The position numbers and the translations under genes were made by a program. A stretch of DNA of 63,969 nucleotides, the filler included, from Trypethelium eluteriae (taxonomy: Eukaryota), in assembly GCA_051942245.1 (NCBI GenBank). It is 5 parts of 5 records of this genome, joined end to end, with 100 filler letters (N's around TTAATTAATTAA, not from the genome) between each part and the next. Parts side by side here need not be neighbours in the genome. Positions count along the whole stretch, not along the records: positions 52,136 to 63,969 come from JAVECL010000806.1; 4 more parts are not named here. One strand, written 5' to 3'. Of the stretch, positions 60,530 to 63,969 are shown in pieces (the first letter of the stretch is position 1; every line of letters starts with the position of its first letter). The notes under the pieces were generated by a model. It saw only the letters and a list, made by a program, of their open reading frames with translations, did no database searches and was not told where the DNA came from.

Positions 60530-63469
60530 ATGTCTGGCCGCAAGGATTTTCTCGGACAGCCCGCACCTGAGAACTACGTCGCTGGTCTCGGTCGTGGCGC
60601 GACTGGTTTTACCACACGCTCAGATCTCGGTCCCGCACGCGAGGGTCCTAGTGAAGAGCAAATCAAAGAAGCACTTGCAAAGCGCGCTGCACAACTGGGC
60701 ACTGCAGCTCCGACCGCTTACGGCGCCCCCGAAAAGAAAGACGACGATGATGATGACGAGCGCTTCCAGGACCCAGAGAACGAGGTTGGCTTATTCGCAA
60801 GCGGCACTTTCGATCGGGATGACGATGAGGCAGACCGAATTTATCAGGAGGTAGATGAGAAGATGGACAAGCGTCGGCGAGCACGAAGGTTAGTACACTA
60901 TTCCTTTTCCCTACCCTCCCATTTGAAGCGTAATTGTTTATCAGTCATCTCGTGTTTGGCTGGACAGATTACCGACATGAATCCGTTCCGTCCTTTTAGG
61001 GAAGCCCGAGAAGAAGCCGAACGAGAAGAATACGAGCGCAATAATCCGAAGATCCAACAACAATTCGCGGACCTAAAGCGTGCTCTGGGCAGTGTCACAG
61101 ACGAGGATTGGGCCAGTATACCAGAAGTGGGAGATCTCACAGGTAAAAACAAGAGGACGAAGCAAAATTTACGGCAGCGCTTCTATGCCATACCGGATAG
61201 TGTCATAGCTGGTGCTAGAGATGCAGGCCAATTCGACACAAGCATATCTACTAACGGCGAAGAGACAAATGGCACGAACGGCATAAACGGCGCGAGCGGT
61301 GCAAATGGAGCAGACGGCGTTGACGGCACAATGACAAACTTCGCAGATCTTGGGGCAGCTCGAGACAAGGTGCTCCAAGTTCGCCTGGATCAAGCTGCAC
61401 AAGGGTCAAATACTGAGTCTGTGTCTGGGACTGCCACAAATATCGATGCCAAAGGCTATCTTACAAGTCTTTCGAAGTCAGAGCTCAAGGCAGGAGAAAT
61501 CCCAGTCGGAGACGTTAAGCGTGTGAGGTCACTTCTTGAGTCAGTCATCAAGACCAATCCGAAGCACGGCCCAGGATGGATTGCAGCTGCTCGACTTGAA
61601 GAGTTTGCGGGCAGAACCGTTGCAGCGAGGAATGTGATAGCGCGAGGAACCGAAAATTGTCCCAAAAGCGAAGACGTCTGGCTTGAGAGCATACGACTGA
61701 ACGACAATCACAATGCCAAAATTATCGCTGCAAACGCCCTCAAGAACAATGATCGATCCACCCGATTATGGATCGAAGCGATGAAGTTGGAAAATAATCC
61801 ACAAGCAAAAAAACGTGTCTTGCGGCTTGCTATTGATGCTGTTCCACAGTCTGTTGCTATCTGGAAAGAGGCCGTCAACCTTGAAGAAGATCCGAATGAT
61901 GCCAAGTTGATGCTGGCCAAGGCAACGGAGATCATCCCTCTGTCAGTTGAATTGTGGCTCGCCCTTGCCCGTTTGGAGACACCAGAAAGTGCTCAAGCGG
62001 TGCTGAACAAAGCGCGTAAAGCTGTACCCACCAGCCATGAGATCTGGGTTGCAGCTGCACGCCTTCAAGAGCAGATGGGTGCTGCAAACATGGTTGGACG
62101 GGTCATGGAACGTGGAGTTAAAGCTTTGGCTCGTGAATCTGCGATGCTGAAGCGAGAAGAATGGATCAACGAAGCTGAGCGTTGCGAAGATGAAGGTGCA
62201 GTATTGACTTGTGTAGCCATCATTAAGGAGACCCTTGGGTGGGGCCTTGAGGAAGATGACGAACGCAAAGGCGTCTGGAAGGAAGATGCCAAATCCAGCA
62301 TCGGACGTGGCAAATACGAAACCGCAAGGGCAATCTATGCATATAGTTTGCGAGTATTTGTTCAGTCAAGGTCACTCTGGCTCGCTGCTGCAGACCTCGA
62401 GCGCAATCATGGTACGAGACAGGCTCTGTGGGATGTACTCGAGAAGGGCACGAACGCCTGCCCAAACAGCGAGGTCCTCTGGATGCAACTCGTCAAAGAA
62501 AAATGGCAGGCAGGCGACATGGACGCTGCTCGCCACACACTCGGTACCGCCTTCAGCCGCAACCCCAAGAACGAAGACATCTGGCTCGCCGCCGTCAAAC
62601 TTGAAGCCGACCACGGCCAAACCAACCAAGCCCGCACCCTCCTCGAACAAGCCCGCCTAGAATCCGGCACCAGCCGCGTCTGGGTCAAATCCGTCGCCTT
62701 CGAGCGCGCCTGGGGCACGCCAGACGACGCGCTCGACCTCGTCAACCAAGGCCTACAACTCTACCCCTCAGCGCCCAAACTCTGGATGCTGAAAGGCCAA
62801 ATCTACGAAGCCCTCTCCAAACTCCCTCAAGCTCGCGAGGCGTACAACACCGGCACGCGCGCCTGCCCCAAGTCGGTGCCGCTCTGGCTGCTCACGGCGC
62901 GCATCGAGGAGCGGCAGGGGGCGTCTGTGCGGGCGCGGTCGGTGCTGGAACGGGCGCGGCTGGCGGTGCCGAAGCAGGAGGAGCTCTGGCTCGAGAGCGT
63001 GCGGCTAGAGCGGCGGGCGGGGAATTTGGCGGCGGCGAACACGATGATGGCGCAGGCGCTGCAGGAGGCGCCGACGTCGGGCCGGCTGTGGGCGGAGAAG
63101 ATCATGCATCTGGAGGCGCGCACGCAGCGGAAGCCGCGCGTGCTCGAAGCCATCAAGAAGGTGGATAAGGATCCCTTCTTGTTCGTCACGGCGGCCCGGC
63201 TGTTCTGGGCGGAGCGGAAGCTGGATAAGGCGGATACCTGGTTCGGGAAGGCGATTGTGGAGGATGCGGATCTCGGGGATACGTGGGCGTGGTATGTGAA
63301 GTTTCTACAGGAGCATGGCACGGCAGAGAAGAGGGTGGAGGCGGTGAGTAAGTGCGTGATGAGCGAGCCGAAGCATGGTGAGGTGTGGCAGAGCGTTAAT
63401 AAGGACCCGAAGAATGCGGGGAAGGGGATCGAGGATATCTTAAAAATTTGTGTGGGATTGGTTAAGTGA
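60530..63469 (+). CDS. PRP6: Pre-mRNA splicing factor Prp6 (U5 snRNP, HAT repeats); in-frame intron 60889-60999
   Basis: FLGQPAPENYVAGLGRGATGFTTRSDLGPAR, KIQQQFADLKR, NPKHGPGWIAAARLEE, HAT repeats, EPKHGEVWQSV.KDP.N. Confidence 0.96.
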   Translation: MSGRKDFLGQPAPENYVAGLGRGATGFTTRSDLGPAREGPSEEQIKEALAKRAAQLGTAAPTAYGAPEKKDDDDDDERFQDPENEVGLFASGTFDRDDDEADRIYQEVDEKMDKRRRARRLVHYSFSLPSHLKRNCLSVISCLAGQITDMNPFRPFREAREEAEREEYERNNPKIQQQFADLKRALGSVTDEDWASIPEVGDLTGKNKRTKQNLRQRFYAIPDSVIAGARDAGQFDTSISTNGEETNGTNGINGASGANGADGVDGTMTNFADLGAARDKVLQVRLDQAAQGSNTESVSGTATNIDAKGYLTSLSKSELKAGEIPVGDVKRVRSLLESVIKTNPKHGPGWIAAARLEEFAGRTVAARNVIARGTENCPKSEDVWLESIRLNDNHNAKIIAANALKNNDRSTRLWIEAMKLENNPQAKKRVLRLAIDAVPQSVAIWKEAVNLEEDPNDAKLMLAKATEIIPLSVELWLALARLETPESAQAVLNKARKAVPTSHEIWVAAARLQEQMGAANMVGRVMERGVKALARESAMLKREEWINEAERCEDEGAVLTCVAIIKETLGWGLEEDDERKGVWKEDAKSSIGRGKYETARAIYAYSLRVFVQSRSLWLAAADLERNHGTRQALWDVLEKGTNACPNSEVLWMQLVKEKWQAGDMDAARHTLGTAFSRNPKNEDIWLAAVKLEADHGQTNQARTLLEQARLESGTSRVWVKSVAFERAWGTPDDALDLVNQGLQLYPSAPKLWMLKGQIYEALSKLPQAREAYNTGTRACPKSVPLWLLTARIEERQGASVRARSVLERARLAVPKQEELWLESVRLERRAGNLAAANTMMAQALQEAPTSGRLWAEKIMHLEARTQRKPRVLEAIKKVDKDPFLFVTAARLFWAERKLDKADTWFGKAIVEDADLGDTWAWYVKFLQEHGTAEKRVEAVSKCVMSEPKHGEVWQSVNKDPKNAGKGIEDILKICVGLVK

Positions 63470-63969
63470 GAGGGATCAAATGGTTTGAGATTGAGCATAG
63501 GGCGCAGGAAAGGCATGCATAGGCCTGGGTGTTATGGTGCCTAGATCACTTTATACCAATTGAGGTATTGGTTGCTAGTGTGGGTACTATCTACACCTAA
63601 TAACAATCGAGATCTTTTCCTGATCTCCATTAGTACAAAATTCACTTCTCTGCAAAGTGACCATTCCACTTGGATATCGAACGCCCTGCACCCGGAAATG
63701 CTTCGCAGCCGCTCGCCATGCCGAAACGCCATGTGAAGCCCCCATCTTCCAAACTTTGTCATCCCAGATATTTTGTTACAGAAGGTACACAGAATACGGC
63801 CAAACTCTTTTTGTGCAAGCAAATACCACCCCTTCACAAGCCAACAGCCAAAAAATCTTCCAGCAGCCCATCCAAATGTCCCCGATCCTCCACCGCGCCT
63901 CCATTCCACCCAACCTCCCTGTCTCCCATCCCAACATCCCCATCCGCATCCACTCCTTTCCCCCCCACC

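Noticed and set aside
62827..63516. Long antisense ORFs over PRP6, SEC16, the SDR and others
   Set aside because: Shadow ORFs expected opposite GC-rich coding sequence; no domain signal

Overview
Eukaryotic DNA from a filamentous ascomycete (Pezizomycotina). Support: short GT-AG introns with CTRAC branch points, fungal housekeeping genes and RIP damage. A Dothideomycete-like origin is only an inference. The window is not contiguous. It holds five contigs of about 12-13 kb in descending size order, joined by artificial 100-nt linkers (N44-TTAATTAATTAA-N44), so gene neighbourhoods mean something only within a contig. Contig 1: DUF3253 protein, two SDRs, UTP15, and a head-to-head pair of a degenerate NACHT-like gene and an AAA+ ATPase. 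Contig 2: SEC16, NEO1, a LaeA-like methyltransferase and a partial FAD monooxygenase. Contig 3: F-box protein, GH16 glucanase, OSGIN-like oxidoreductase, complex I B15 subunit, GST and a BTB protein. Contig 4: a 2.9-kb gene-free stretch, THP3, VPS36, mannitol-1-phosphate dehydrogenase, cystathionine beta-lyase and GLO3. Contig 5: a RIP-destroyed hAT transposon, a cluster of Tc1/mariner-like termini, allantoicase and PRP6. The best leads are two unannotated, strongly base-paired candidate ncRNAs (41570-41870, 59941-60190), the pseudo-NACHT/AAA+ pair, and three same-orientation ~52-bp TIR-like repeats with unique spacers (57042-58101). All family calls come from motif recognition by eye; no database search was run.
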